Shown piece by piece: positions 1 through 11,353 of a DNA stretch of 38,247 nt. Positions within the stretch are counted from its first letter, which is position 1; every line of letters starts with the position of its first letter. The translations under genes were made by a program, and so were the position numbers. The notes below the pieces were generated by a model. That model saw only the letters and a program-made list of their open reading frames with translations, did no database searches and was not told the origin of the DNA. Origin of the DNA: Octopus bimaculoides. Lineage: Eukaryota. The DNA is taken from contig NC_068982.1 of NCBI RefSeq assembly GCF_001194135.2, forward strand, positions 44,903,196 through 44,941,442. The letters run 5' to 3'.

Positions 1-337
1 AAGAAGAAGGAGGATGAGGGGGAGTGGGGAGGAGGAGGAGGGGAGGGGGAGGAGGAGGAGGAGAAGAAGAAGAAGAAGAAGAAGAAGAATCATCATCATC
101 AGTGAAATTAATTAATTTTTCAGAAACCGAGAAATTGATTGAGTGGTGACAATTGATTCTCATGTTGAGGTGAAAGAAACTAAAGTGCAAGATATAGTAA
201 TAAAGTGGTGTATGTGGAATGTGTGTGTATATGTGCGTGCGTGTGTGTGTATGTGTGTATATGTGCATGTATATATGTGTACATGTAAGTGTACATATGT
301 ATATGTGTTTATATATATACATATATATGTACATGTG

Positions 338-378
<41 letters not shown>

Positions 379-452
379 CTTATTTGTTTTTGATTTTGTC
401 GACTACACATTATAGTAGAGTCAGTTGGGCACTGACTGAGAATAACAGCACC

Positions 453-1096
453 ATGATGCAATTCATTCTGCCAGAAATTTGAAAACAACATACTGTACTG
501 CTTGAGATTTGCACCAGAAGCGCCAATATGAACATTTCAGAGTGTTTTGTTGTCAATCTGAGGACAGTGCAATCTGAGGACTTGTACCAAGAGTGATAAA
601 AATCAAACATCCAGTCAACATTATGGTGTTTGGAGTGATCACTAGCGATGGTGATGTTATGCCTCCATTCATTTTCCCACATGGCCTCACACTCAACACG
701 GTGGCCCACATTATGTGCCTGGGGGAGGTAGTGCTATTCTGGGTCAAGAGGGTGGCTACTAGAAGACCCTGTGTCTGGCAACAGGACTCTGCCCCATGTC
801 ACACCAGCAGAAGAACCCAGTCGTGACTCTCAGACAATTTCTGCAGCCACATCGCTCCTAACATTTGGCCACTTAACTCCCCAGACTGCAACTCCCTTGA
901 TTATTATGTGTAGAGCGTAGTTGAGCAAGAGATCAACAAAACTTCTTGTAACACCAAAGATGAACTGAAGGCAATGATTATGGCAGCATTCATCCAACTT
1001 CAACAAGGAGACCCCCCCCTCCACCAGAAAAGTTGCAGGAGATTTCAAAGTCGTCTGGAGGCCGTGGTTGAAGCCAATGGCGATTTTATTGAATAA
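453..1096 (+). mobile_element. Decayed, internally deleted Tc1/mariner transposase of the DD37D (maT-type) family
   Basis: N-terminal HTH-like MMQFILPEI*...ISECFVVNLRTVQ joined to KHPVNIMVFGVITSDG...VWQQDSAPCHTSRRTQS*LSDNFCSHIAPNIWPLNSPDCNSLDYYV*...CRRFQSRLEAVVEANGDFIE*. I count 37 residues between the 2nd and 3rd catalytic Asp. In-frame stops occur at Trp positions. Confidence 0.88.
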
Positions 1097-1981
1097 ATTT
1101 ACTCTTTCATATTTCAAGATATTTTTATGTAATTTTGGTAAATATATCTGTTAAAATGAGTTATCAGTGTTATTTTCATAATTATTTTGTTTTTTTTTTG
1201 GAACAAATTATCTTCAATTAAATTAGGCCATAAATAATGTCATGGAGACATTGGGTTAAAAACCCTTTGGATTGAAAAATATCAAATGCTGCATGTCAGC
1301 AATGTAGGTGTATGTGTGTGTGAGTGTGCATACATGGGTGCGTGTGTGTGTGCAATCGTGCATGCATGGGTGCATGCGTGTGTCTACTTTCTTATGCTTG
1401 TATGGGTCAGTACTATTCAATTTTCGATTGTATTTTACACCACTGTTACACATACACACACACACACATTCTTACATAATGCATACATACAAACGCACAT
1501 ACACACTCTCACACACATAATCACATATTTTTATATATATATATATATATATGGGAGATACATATATACAGAGACATATAACGAAATTTGCCCTGCCAAA
1601 TGCTCTATCATCTCTAAGCACATTGTTTTTGATGTCATGTCCATTTGTTGGATCAAAGCAATACACACTCCATACTTTATTATACAAAGTCTAAAACTAA
1701 TGGAAGAGGAGAAATATTTGAGTAGGTAACTGACTATTATTGACATAGTAATGTTTCTCTGTGATTTTCAGAATAATTCAACAATAGTTGATTTAGTTCT
1801 TCTTCTTCAAGCTATTACAACTGAGATGCATGTCACCATGCCATTCCAGGAATCTCTATTCTGTTCCCCATTAACTTTTGTAGATCATCAGTTTTATATT
1901 GTGCGTCTCTACTAATAGCAATGCAGTAGAGTGGTTTTGATCTTCTAGTAGAGTACAGTTATTTCCAAAGTATTCTTTTTA

Positions 1982-2186
1982 CTATAGGAACAAGGCTCGA
2001 AATTTCGGAGAGGAAGCTAGTCAATGACATGTACCTCAGTGCTCAATTGGTACTTATTTTATTGACTCCAAACGGATAAAAGGCAAAATTGACCTTTGAT
2101 AAAATTTGAATTCAGAATGTAAATCCAGAAGAAATGCCACTAAGCATATAGTCCACTGTGATACCAAATCTGCCAGATCACCACTT
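1982..2186 (-). mobile_element. Octopus-type tRNA-derived SINE with Deu/Nin-like core (degraded)
   Basis: Reverse complement of the gcctttcatcctttcggggtcgataaaataagtaccag core shared by many copies in this window. Confidence 0.75.
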
Positions 2187-2224
2187 TTCCAAAATTATAT
2201 TTTGTCCAATATGGCCTAGTGTTT

Positions 2225-2510
2225 AGGGAGACAGCAAGGATCAGCAAACACTACTCTGCATTGAGCAACAATAGCAGAAATGGGTGGAGTGTGTCCATAA
2301 ATCTTCTCTTTAGTCTTGTGCTCATGCTATGAGATGTTTTGAGCCCTCATGAAAAGCCTAGCGTATGTATCATCAAATTGGTCTTGAAGATCCTTCTTTG
2401 TAGACCAGGTTTCAACTCCATAAAGAATACACTTCTACACATGCTCTGAAGAAAGTCAGACTTGTTGACTTAGAAATATTTGACTGTCAATTGTTGTGAA
2501 GCTTGTTAGA
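2225..2510 (-). mobile_element. RTE-clade LINE, C-terminal ORF remnant
   Basis: Minus strand gives FFRACV...ILYGVETWSTKKDLQDQFDDTYARLFMRAQNIS*HEHKTKEKIYGHTPPISAIV, matching the RTE LLYGxETW...YTRLLRxALNISW...LYG pattern. Confidence 0.75.
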
Positions 2511-2551
2511 GACACTCCAGGTCTGTCACTTCTCTGTGATGCGATATATTG

Positions 2552-2768
2552 ATTTCAAATTTTGTCACAAGGCCAGCAATTTCGGGGGAAGGGAGATAAT
2601 CGATTATATCGATCCCCGGTGTTTGATTGGTACTTATTTTATTGACCTCGAAAGAATCAAAAGGTAAAGTTGACCTTATCAGAATTTGAACTCAGAACAT
2701 AAAGATGGACAAAATGTCACTAAGCATTTTGGCAGGTGTGCTAACAACTTCGCCAGCTCACTGCCTTA
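2552..2768 (-). mobile_element. Deu/Nin-core SINE
   Basis: Full-length reverse-complement match to the SINE consensus seen elsewhere in the window. Confidence 0.8.
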
Positions 2769-3089
2769 ATATCAAGTGTTATTTCAATGGATGTGAATGG
2801 AAGTGAGACTTAATCAATCTATTGTCCAATATGTTATTTTGAACATGAAACTTGTGATGCATAAGATAACATATAAGAATGGGAGGTATAATGATAGAAA
2901 TAAACCAAAATGTCTAACATTTTCGACCCTATATTGTAAATACTCACTCATTGAGAGTAGAAAGCAACAAGATTCTAATAGCAATGTAATGTACTGAAGT
3001 TTTTCCTGTAGAATCATGCCTGAAGCATATAAGACACCAAAATGTCAATACGTTTGTTTTTTACAATTGCTACTATAATAACATTAGTT

Positions 3090-3400
3090 CCTTGGAACCA
3101 GCTCTTTTCATACATCCTTCTGTCACACACCTCAAACTGACTCCTCTCTCCATCTCTCATCATTATTGTTGCATCCAACCCCCTCCTTCTGGTCCCACAC
3201 TAACTGCTGTTCCCAGTCTTTCTTCCCCAAAGCATCACTCCTCTAGAATCTTTTTCCTGCTCATGTCTTCCCTGCATACGTCAACCTGCATGAGTTTAAA
3301 TGAAGCATTAATGACACCAAGCTCAACAATTTCAGAAGACCTACAAAAGGCAATGGGTACTGCTCCATCCTTGCAGAATCAACAAGTAAAAGTTAGTGCT
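3090..3400 (-). mobile_element. Possible highly degraded LINE C-terminal remnant
   Basis: Minus-strand translation weakly resembles RTE C-termini (…VDVCRED…RKKILEE…KDWEQQLVWD…); many substitutions. Confidence 0.3.
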
Positions 3401-3413
3401 TTATCCCCTATAT

Positions 3414-4019
3414 GAGTGGTTCTCAACCATTTTTTTTATCTATGGACCCCTTTGATTATTATTTTATTCTGGTGGACCCTCATAGCCATTCAATGTTTAA
3501 ATAAGTAGTGTTATACATACTTCTAAAATTCCTATTTTGTTTTGTGTAGGCTGAACTTTGTAACCTGTCAGAGACAAAACCTAACCCTTTCTTGAGACAG
3601 AAACCGGGTTCTTTCTTGAGACAGAAACCGGGTTCTTTCTTGAGACAAAAACCTAGTTCTTTCTTGAGACAAAAACCTAGTTCTTTCTTGAGACAAAAAC
3701 CTGACCCTTTCTTGAGACAAAAACCTNNNNNNNNNNCTAGTTCTTTCTTGAGACAAAAACCTAGTTCTTTCTTGAGACAAAAACCTGACCCTTTCTTGAG
3801 ACAAAAACCTAGTTCTTTCTTGAGACAAAAACCTAGTTCTTTCTTGAGACAAAAACCTAACCCTTTCTTGAGACAGAAACCTAGCTCTTTCTTGCAATAA
3901 ATACACCTAAAGCAAAATTTTTTCATGGACCCATAAAATACTACAATGGACCCTAATTTACTAGTTCGCTTGTGTGGACCTCCAAAACATCTTGTATGAA
4001 CCCTGGTTGAGAACCACTG
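3414..4019. mobile_element. hAT-like MITE containing a 24-bp minisatellite
   Basis: TIRs (g)agtggttctcaacc / ggttgagaaccactg; flanking 8-mers ccctatat (3406-3413) and ccctgtac (4020-4027) match 6/8, consistent with an aged 8-bp TSD. Confidence 0.8.
3571..3895. repeat. 24-bp tandem repeat (cttgagacaaaaacctagttcttt), about 13 units
   Basis: Units directly visible; they explain the 8-residue periodic ORFs (FLRQKPSS, GFCLKKEL). A 10-N gap lies at 3727-3736. Confidence 0.95.
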
Positions 4020-4282
4020 CCCTGTACCATGCTGACATATTTTATAACATTTATCCAGTTCAGGCAAATATTGAGTAAAGAAATGAAACAGGAATTCAAC
4101 ACTGAGTCTATTACAAAAATACTAATCAACAGATCAAACATTCAGAAGAGAAAAAAAAAAGAAGAAACAAAAATATTTACTTACTAAATGTCAGATATTT
4201 CATTCCTATTGCTATATTAATCATCTTGTTCGATTGGTATTTATGTCTTTATCATTGTTTTCTTATTTTGTTCTTCTTCTAG

Positions 4283-4429
4283 GTCTCTGCATCAAATGTT
4301 ACAACTGTAACTCATCACCTTTCCAGAGTGGAAGATTCTGTGTTGAACTACCAAGGAAATCTTCATTTGAAATTGACTGTGATTTATTCCAAAAAAATTA
4401 CACACGATGCCGTAAAGTGGTTCAAAATG
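4283..4429 (+). CDS. Ly6/uPAR three-finger (LU-domain) protein, quiver/sleepless family, Crooked-like; coding exon for the N-terminal half of the LU domain
   Basis: Pyrimidine-rich acceptor ttcttcttctag ends at 4282 and donor G|gtaagt starts at 4430 (phase 1 at both ends). Translation (G)LCIKCYNCNSSPFQSGRFCVELPRKSSFEIDCDLFQKNYTRCRKVVQN carries Ly6 cysteines 1-5 and the T-x-CRK-x-x-Q motif of QVR-family proteins. Confidence 0.92.
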
Positions 4430-4746
4430 GTAAGTAATAATAACTTATTTACTTTTCACTTTCATGTTGATATTTTAACATCAAGGAAATGGGAATACAC
4501 CAAAAGACTGCATAAAAGTTAATGAAACATGGTAGCTGTTCTCATATGTGTGTGTGTGTGTGTGTGTGTGCACGTGCAGACGCATGCATGCATGTGTTCA
4601 TGTGTGTGTGTATATATGTACAAATGTATATGTATACATATATATGTATACATACACACAGACATATATTTACATAATATCTATACACACACATATATAC
4701 ACATATGCAAATACACATACACATATATATATGTATGTGTGTGTAC

Positions 4747-4777
<31 letters not shown>

Positions 4778-5389
4778 TGCATGTATGTATGCATGTATGT
4801 ATGCATGTATGTGTTCACAAGCCCTTGAGACTGAAGCTTCTTCATCTTGTCTGTTTAAGAAATTGATTTTTGCATCATAGTTTTTTCAATCAAGGGAAAT
4901 GTTTTATAACCATATGCTGCAGGTAGTATCAAGCAGGTGATATTCAATAAGACGGTTTTTGATGGCAACTAGATCAAACATTCACCACAAATATATATAT
5001 ATATATACATATATATGTGTTCATTTAATTGTGTAGAAGCTACTTCACTTATTTAGTTATACTTTATATACTACAGTCAATTAACAACACTTTAGTAAGT
5101 TTTTTCAGTCTGACAAATTCATCTTCTATGTTACTATAGTATTAGTTGCTTCCTTTGAGTCACTTACAAGTTATTATAAAGACATAACTCAGCCAAACAT
5201 CATGAACTTCACTCAATATATAAAGAACACAATGATTAAGATTTTTAAAAAAAGCAACTTAGGTTATTATAGATGGAGGTTTGGCAGAATAGTTAACAAG
5301 TTCACTTCATAAGTATGTAGTTCTGGGTTCAATCCAACTGGCCAACCTCCAGTCAACCCAAATAAAATTGGATTGATGGTAGATGCATA

Positions 5390-5553
5390 TATGGGTATGT
5401 AGTAATAACTTTGCTTCCTAACTTTGTGGTCCTGGGTTCATTCTTGGTGCATGGTACTTTGAACAAGTGTTTTCTCTTGTAACTCCAGGCCAACCAAAAA
5501 TTTCTGAAGGAGATTATGGAATTTGGCAGATGAACACTGAAAAAAGCCTATTA
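5390..5553 (+). mobile_element. CORE-type (OR-like) tRNA-derived SINE, 5' part
   Basis: tRNA-like head followed by degraded gcaagtgtcttct...ccaaagcc...gatttgg...actgaaagaagcc block. Confidence 0.65.
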
Positions 5554-6248
5554 TATATANNNNNNNNNNNNNNNNNNNNNNNNNNNNNNNNNNNNNNNNN
5601 NNNNNNNNNNNNNNNNNNNNNNNNNNNNNNNNNNNNNNNNNNNNNNNNNNNNNNNNNNNNNNNNNNNNNNNNNNNNNNNNNNNNNNNNNNNNNNNNNNNN
5701 NNNNNNNNNNNNNNNNNNNNNNNNNNNNNNNNNNNNNNNNNNNNNNNNNNNNNNNNNNNNNNNNNNNNNNNNNNNNNNNNNNNNNNNNNNNNNNNNNNNN
5801 NNNNNNNNNNNNNNNNNNNNNNNNNNNNNNNNNNNNNNNNNNNNNNNNNNNNNNNNNNNNNNNNNNNNNNNNNNNNNNNNNNNNNNNNNNNNNNNNNNNN
5901 NNNNNNNNNNNNNNNNNNNNNNNNNNNNNNNNNNNNNNNNNNNNNNNNNNNNNNNNNNNNNNNNNNNNNNNNNNNNNNNNNNNNNNNNNNNNNNNNNNNN
6001 NNNNNNNNNNNNNNNNNNNNNNNNNNNNNNNNNNNNNNNNNNNNNNNNNNNNNNNNNNNNNNNNNNNNNNNNNNNNNNNNNNNNNNNNNNNNNNNNNNNN
6101 NNNNNNNNNNNNNNNNNNNNNNNNNNNNNNNNNNNNNNNNNNNNNNNNNNNNNNNNNNNNNNNNNNNNNNNNNNNNNNNNNNNNNNNNNNNNNNNNNNNN
6201 NNNNNNNNNNNNNNNNNNNNNNNNNNNNNNNNNNNNNNNNNNNNNNNN

Positions 6249-6299
<51 letters not shown>

Positions 6300-6342
6300 G
6301 TATGTATCGTTATATAACAGTTTGACTCAACTACCATGCAAC

Positions 6343-6557
6343 TTAACCCTTTAGCATTCAAATATAATACTTATTTCTTCATGCTGGTTTGAATTAATCA
6401 TGCATTATCTTGTAGCTCAGAAATTTCGATGTTATGTTTGTTTAGTTTAAGAATGATGTTGCAGAGTATGTGTAAAGGGCTGAATCTTGCCAGTTTGAAC
6501 ATAAAACAGCTAGAATATTTGAGCTGGATATGGCTGGTTTAAACACTAAAGGGTTAA
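6343..6557. mobile_element. piggyBac-like MITE
   Basis: Perfect 12-bp inverted ends ttaaccctttag / ctaaagggttaa, i.e. TTAA target plus CCC termini. Confidence 0.8.
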
Positions 6558-6824
6558 GGTTTTGCAGGCTTGTAGATTGAACTTATTTCATTGGGCATTT
6601 AAAGAAGAGTAAAGAGGATATGAGACAAATTCAAGATGTTTTCTAGATGTTAGGCCTCTGTTGGTCAACATAGGTCATGTGGTGTTATTGGTTTGAAAGT
6701 AACACCGGTTCTTTTCTTTATTCTTTGGCCCATGTGCTCAGACAGGATGTCAGTCACCATCTCTTACCTCTTTTCAAGCAAGGTAATAATTCCCCATGGA
6801 ACTATATATATATATATATATAAT

Positions 6825-7067
6825 AAAATAAATGCGCCCTTTTAAAGCCTAGCTCGGCTCATGGGCCCGGTTTCCTGGTTTCAATGGCGAATGTGTTCCC
6901 CAGCTGGACGGGATACCAGTCCATCGCAGCGTTACTCATTTTTGCCAGCTGAGTGGACTGGAGCAACGTGAAATGAAGTGTTTTGCTCAAGAACATAGTC
7001 CAGGAATTGAAACTACAATCTTACAATCATGGTGCTAACACCCTAAACACTAGGCCACATGCCTTCA

Positions 7068-7072
<5 letters not shown>
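6825..7072 (-). mobile_element. tRNA-derived SINE (V/Meta-like core)
   Basis: Minus strand: A/B-box-like head tggcctagtgtttag...gtttcaattcc; core ttgctccagtccactcagctggcaaaaatgag; gcgatggactgg...ccagctggggaac; tail shared with 31752-32056. Confidence 0.75.
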
Positions 7073-7115
<43 letters not shown>

Positions 7116-7150
7116 ATATATATATATATATAGATATATATATATATATA

Positions 7151-7290
7151 TGACAGGCTTCTACACAGTTTCCATCTTCCAGACTCACTCACAAGGCATT
7201 GGTCACCACAGAGCCTTAGTAGATGATATTTGCCAATATGTCACACTGCAATATTAAGCCTGAAATCTGTGGTTGCAAAGTGAATTTGTG
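7151..7290 (-). mobile_element. CORE-type SINE fragment
   Basis: Reverse complement of ...gccttgtgagtga...ggaaactgtgtagaagcc. Confidence 0.65.
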
Positions 7291-7341
7291 CATAAAATAT
7301 ATATTGTCTTACCATTATGTTTTCAATTACTATTTAGCATA

Positions 7342-7556
7342 CGGTAACAAAGCTGACAGAATTGTTAGCATGCTGGCCAAAATGTTTAGCAGTATTTCAT
7401 CCATCCTTATGTTTGGAGTTCAAATTCCGCTGAGGTCAACTTTGCCTTTCATCCTTTCGGGGTTAATAAAATAAGTACCAGTTGAACACTAGGGGTGATG
7501 TAATTGACTTACCCCTTCCCTCAAACTTTCTGGTCTTGTGTCAAAATTTGAAACTA
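7342..7556 (+). mobile_element. Deu/Nin-core SINE
   Basis: gttcaaattccgctgaggtcaactttgcctttcatcctttcggggttaataaaataagtaccag. Confidence 0.85.
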
Positions 7557-7944
7557 ATTACTATTTAGAGAGCAAAATTATTTAATGTACATATGAACTA
7601 TATATATTTACATATACATGCATCAGCAATTACTTTGCAGTTGTAGCTAACTGTTCTAGATAAACTCTGTGCCTCAGACAGTTGCCACCCACTGGCTGTC
7701 TGCCAAGTGAGACTCAAATTGTAATCAATCTTCATTTTATTGGCAAAGACAATAGATATTTAGTCCAACGGTCAGTGAAAAGATTTGCCAAGAGACTTAA
7801 TAGTTGTATCTTCAGTTACCTCTCATAGCAGTGCTAGCAACCTATATATGAGTCAGAATAACAGCAATACAAGATAAAGTCTGATAGAAAATATCAACAT
7901 TCATGACAACACTAGTTTTATGAAATAATGTGCTTTGGAAAATA

Positions 7945-8105
7945 TGTGTGTAGTGGCCATGAGATTAAGAAGCCTGCTTCCCAACTATGTGGTCTCAGGT
8001 TCAGTCCCTTTGTGTGGCGCCTCAGATGAGCATCTTCTACTATAACCCCAGGTCAAAAAAAGCCTTGTGAGTGGATTTGGTAGACATAAACTGAAAGAAG
8101 CCTAT
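7945..8105 (+). mobile_element. CORE-type SINE, 5' part
   Basis: tRNA-like head plus aaagccttgtgagtggatttggtagacataaactgaaagaagcc followed by (TG)n. Confidence 0.75.
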
Positions 8106-8187
8106 TGTATATGCGTATATATACATAACGTATGTGTATATGTGTGTGTGCGCATGTGTGTGTGTGTGTATGTGAGTGTGTGTGTGC

Positions 8188-8494
8188 AGAAAAAGGAAAA
8201 TAACAAAGCTTCAAATAATGCAGAAAGTTTTACAAAAACCTTTATATTTCACTTCCAAAGGCCCATCCTCAGAAGGAAGCAGTCCAAGAAATGTCTAGTT
8301 ACACCGATTAGATTATTATGTTTGAAATATATTTATTGTTTTATATTTCTGCTTAAATATAATAACAAAACCAGTATAACTAACATTTCTTGGACAGCTT
8401 CCTCCTGAGGATGGGCCTTTGCACCTGAAATATAAAGGTTTTTGTAAAACTTTCTGCATTGTTAGAAACTTTCTTATTTTCCCTTTCTTTTTCT
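8188..8494. repeat. Foldback element with ~110-bp inverted arms
   Basis: aatgcagaaagttttacaaaaacctttatatttca...aaaggcccatcctcag.aggaagc.gtccaagaaatgt is repeated in reverse complement at about 8377-8494, with a ~80-bp AT-rich spacer. Confidence 0.88.
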
Positions 8495-9411
8495 ACTTCT
8501 GTACCACAATGCTTCAAGCAAACTATAATACTCATATNNNNNNNNNNNNNNNNNNNNNNNNNNNNNNNNNNNNNNNNNNNNNNNNNNNNNNNNNNNNNNN
8601 NNNNNNNNNNNNNNNNNNNNNNNNNNNNNNNNNNNNNNNNNNNNNNNNNNNNNNNNNNNNNNNNNNNNNNNNNNNNNNNNNNNNNNNNNNNNNNNNNNNN
8701 NNNNNNNNNNNNNNNNNNNNNNNNNNNNNNNNNNNNNNNNNNNNNNNNNNNNNNNNNNNNNNNNNNNNNNNNNNNNNNNNNNNNNNNNNNNNNNNNNNNN
8801 NNNNNNNNNNNNNNNNNNNNNNNNNNNNNNNNNNNNNNNNNNNNNNNNNNNNNNNNNNNNNNNNNNNNNNNNNNNNNNNNNNNNNNNNNNNNNNNNNNNN
8901 NNNNNNNNNNNNNNNNNNNNNNNNNNNNNNNNNNNNNNNNNNNNNNNNNNNNNNNNNNNNNNNNNNNNNNNNNNNNNNNNNNNNNNNNNNNNNNNNNNNN
9001 NNNNNNNNNNNNNNNNNNNNNNNNNNNNNNNNNNNNNNNNNNNNNNNNNNNNNNNNNNNNNNNNNNNNNNNNNNNNNNNNNNNNNNNNNNNNNNNNNNNN
9101 NNNNNNNNNNNNNNNNNNNNNNNNNNNNNNNNNNNNNNNNNNNNNNNNNNNNNNNNNNNNNNNNNNNNNNNNNNNNNNNNNNNNNNNNNNNNNNNNNNNN
9201 NNNNNNNNNNNNNNNNNNNNNNNNNNNNNNNNNNNNNNNNNNNNNNNNNNNNNNNNNNNNNNNNNNNNNNNNNNNNNNNNNNNNNNNNNNNNNNNNNNNN
9301 NNNNNNNNNNNNNNNNNNNNNNNNNNNNNNNNNNNNNNNNNNNNNNNNNNNNNNNNNNNNNNATATATATATATATATATGTAAGTATGTATGTATATAT
9401 ATATATATATA

Positions 9412-9550
9412 TAGGCGCAGGAGTGGCTGTGTGGTAAGTAGCTTGCTTACCAACCACATGGTTCCGGGTTCATTCCCACTGCGTGACACCTTGGGCAAGT
9501 TTCTTCTACTATAGCCTCAGGCCGACCAAAGCCTTGTGAGTGGATTTTAC
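9412..9550 (+). mobile_element. CORE-type SINE, 5' part
   Basis: ggctgtgtggtaagtagcttgc...ggttcattcccactgcgtgacaccttgggcaag...ccaaagccttgtgagtggattt. Confidence 0.85.
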
Positions 9551-9829
9551 ATGTCACTGCCACTGGCCATGACTACAATTTTACTTAGCTTGATATGTCT
9601 TCTCACGCATAGCAAATCACCAAAGTATCATTACTAATCCTTGTTCTCAAAGCCATCCGGAGTGTCAGTGACAGAAAGGCGGAAGAAAATAGATATATAT
9701 CCCCACGACAGATAAGCAGTGTACTGAAATAGCTTGTAGAAAGAAAATGCAAACAATAAGGATGCTCTTACCTCCAGATGAAATCAGAACAGAGTATCCA
9801 GCTTCACTTCACCTGAACCAGTAGAACTC

Positions 9830-9930
9830 ATTAGGGATGGTGGAGCAGGAGATTTTAATAGATGATTTATTGAAAATAGGGTGATATTTATGTTGTGGTG
9901 GGAAATTAGAGTTTAGAATTTTAAGAAAAG
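9830..9930 (-). mobile_element. Penelope-like element fragment (RT to GIY-YIG linker)
   Basis: Translates as FLKILNSNFPPQHKYHPIFNKSSIKISCSTIPN, matching the PLE motif FLxLIxKHFP..H..HKIFNRNTVKVSYSCMPN. Confidence 0.7.
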
Positions 9931-10346
9931 TTCAGGTAGGGATTTAACTTGGAGGGAGAAAGGTGGTGTGAACCATGGGATCTTACAGTTATATATGCAG
10001 TGGGACTGAATCCCAGATCATATGGTTCAGAAGCTCAATTCTTAATCGTGCAGGGACATATTTGAATTCTTTTGTTTTGTTTGACAATGACCAATTTAGC
10101 TAATCATTTTATTGATAAATGGCTGTCAATAACATTGCTAATGTATTGTCCATAGTGATCAGGATTTTTCCTGAATATTTTCTGCCATTATCTATGTGTT
10201 TACTCACAATAACTAATCAATTCTCTGTCTTTAGAGCATTATTGACAAATCAACATTTGCTTTGTTTTGGTTGGCATGGTGCTGAATAAATAAACTCTAA
10301 TGCATTTATTGAGTACTTTTTCTCCCATTTGCACATTCATATACAT

Positions 10347-10392
<46 letters not shown>

Positions 10393-10422
10393 ATATGTAT
10401 ATGTGTGTGGTGTGTGTGTATG

Positions 10423-10459
<37 letters not shown>

Positions 10460-10670
10460 GTGTATATATATATATATGTATATATATATATGTATATATA
10501 TATGTATGTACATACATATATATATATGTGTGTATATACAAATTAAAAGGGTAAAGGATTATCAATTTATTAATTAATAAATCAATTAACAATTAATAAT
10601 TTTTACCAAGCCCATCGGTATGAAAGCACCATTATTGGTGGAGAACTTATTTAAAAGCTCATATATATTT

Positions 10671-10840
10671 ATAAATATAATTAAGGGATCAGCAAATATT
10701 TGCTTCACCATATACCGAAGTTTTTGCCTTTGTGAGTTACAAGTGATGCTATCTGTGGGATTCTCAGCTTTTTTAGCTGCTATTTCTGAACTTCAGTATA
10801 TGGTGAAGCAAATATTTGCTGATCCCTTAATTATATTTAT
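10671..10840. repeat. Small foldback/MITE with 52-bp near-perfect inverted arms
   Basis: ataaatataattaagggatcagcaaatatttgcttcaccatataccgaagtt (10671-10722) versus 10789-10840; one mismatch by eye. Confidence 0.9.
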
Positions 10841-10867
10841 GTGTGTGTATATATATATATGTATGTA

Positions 10868-11304
10868 CATCATCATCATCATCATCATCGTTTAACGTCC
10901 GCTTTCCATGCTAGCATGGGTTGGACGATTTGACTGAGGACTGGTGAAACCGGATGGCAACACCAGGCTCCAGTCTGATTTGGCAGAGTTTCTACAGCTG
11001 GATGCCCTTCCTAACGCCAACCACTCAGAGAGTGTAGTGGGTGCTTTTACGTGTCACCCGCACGAAAACGGCCACGCTCGAAATGGTGTCTTTTATGTGC
11101 CACCCGCACAAGCCAGTCCAAGGGCACTGGCAACGATCTAGCTCGAAAATCCTACAGGAGCCAGTCAGGCGGTACTGGCAACGGCCACGCTCAAAATGGT
11201 GCATCTCATGTGCCACCCGCACAAGAACCAGTCCAGGGGCACTGGCAACGATCTTACTTGGCTTGCCGGGTCTTCTCACGCACAGCACATTTCCAAAGGT
11301 CTCG
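10868..11304 (-). mobile_element. 5'-truncated RTE LINE: last codons, 3' UTR with internal tandem duplications, (GAT)n tail
   Basis: Minus-strand RDLWKCAVREKTRQAK* (stop 11254-11256); duplicated acggccacgctc.aaatggtg blocks; ends ...gacgttaaacgatgatgatgatg. Confidence 0.82.

Positions 11305-11353
<49 letters not shown>

Noticed and set aside
143-482. ORFs rich in Y/I/V/C/M/H/T here and throughout the window
   Set aside because: Translations of (TA)n, (TG)n and (TATG)n microsatellites or runs through N gaps; no coding signal.
1726-1771. 46-nt GT-AG intron-like segment upstream of the Ly6 exon
   Set aside because: Neighbouring sequence gives no signal-peptide frame and partly resembles a decayed LINE; unusually short for an intron.
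3571-3895. CRISPR-like regular repeat
   Set aside because: Units are contiguous with no unique spacers; eukaryotic context; no cas genes.
3480-4067. 195-aa, 112-aa and 102-aa ORFs with 8-residue periodicity
   Set aside because: Products of the 24-bp minisatellite; open on both strands simply because the unit lacks stops.
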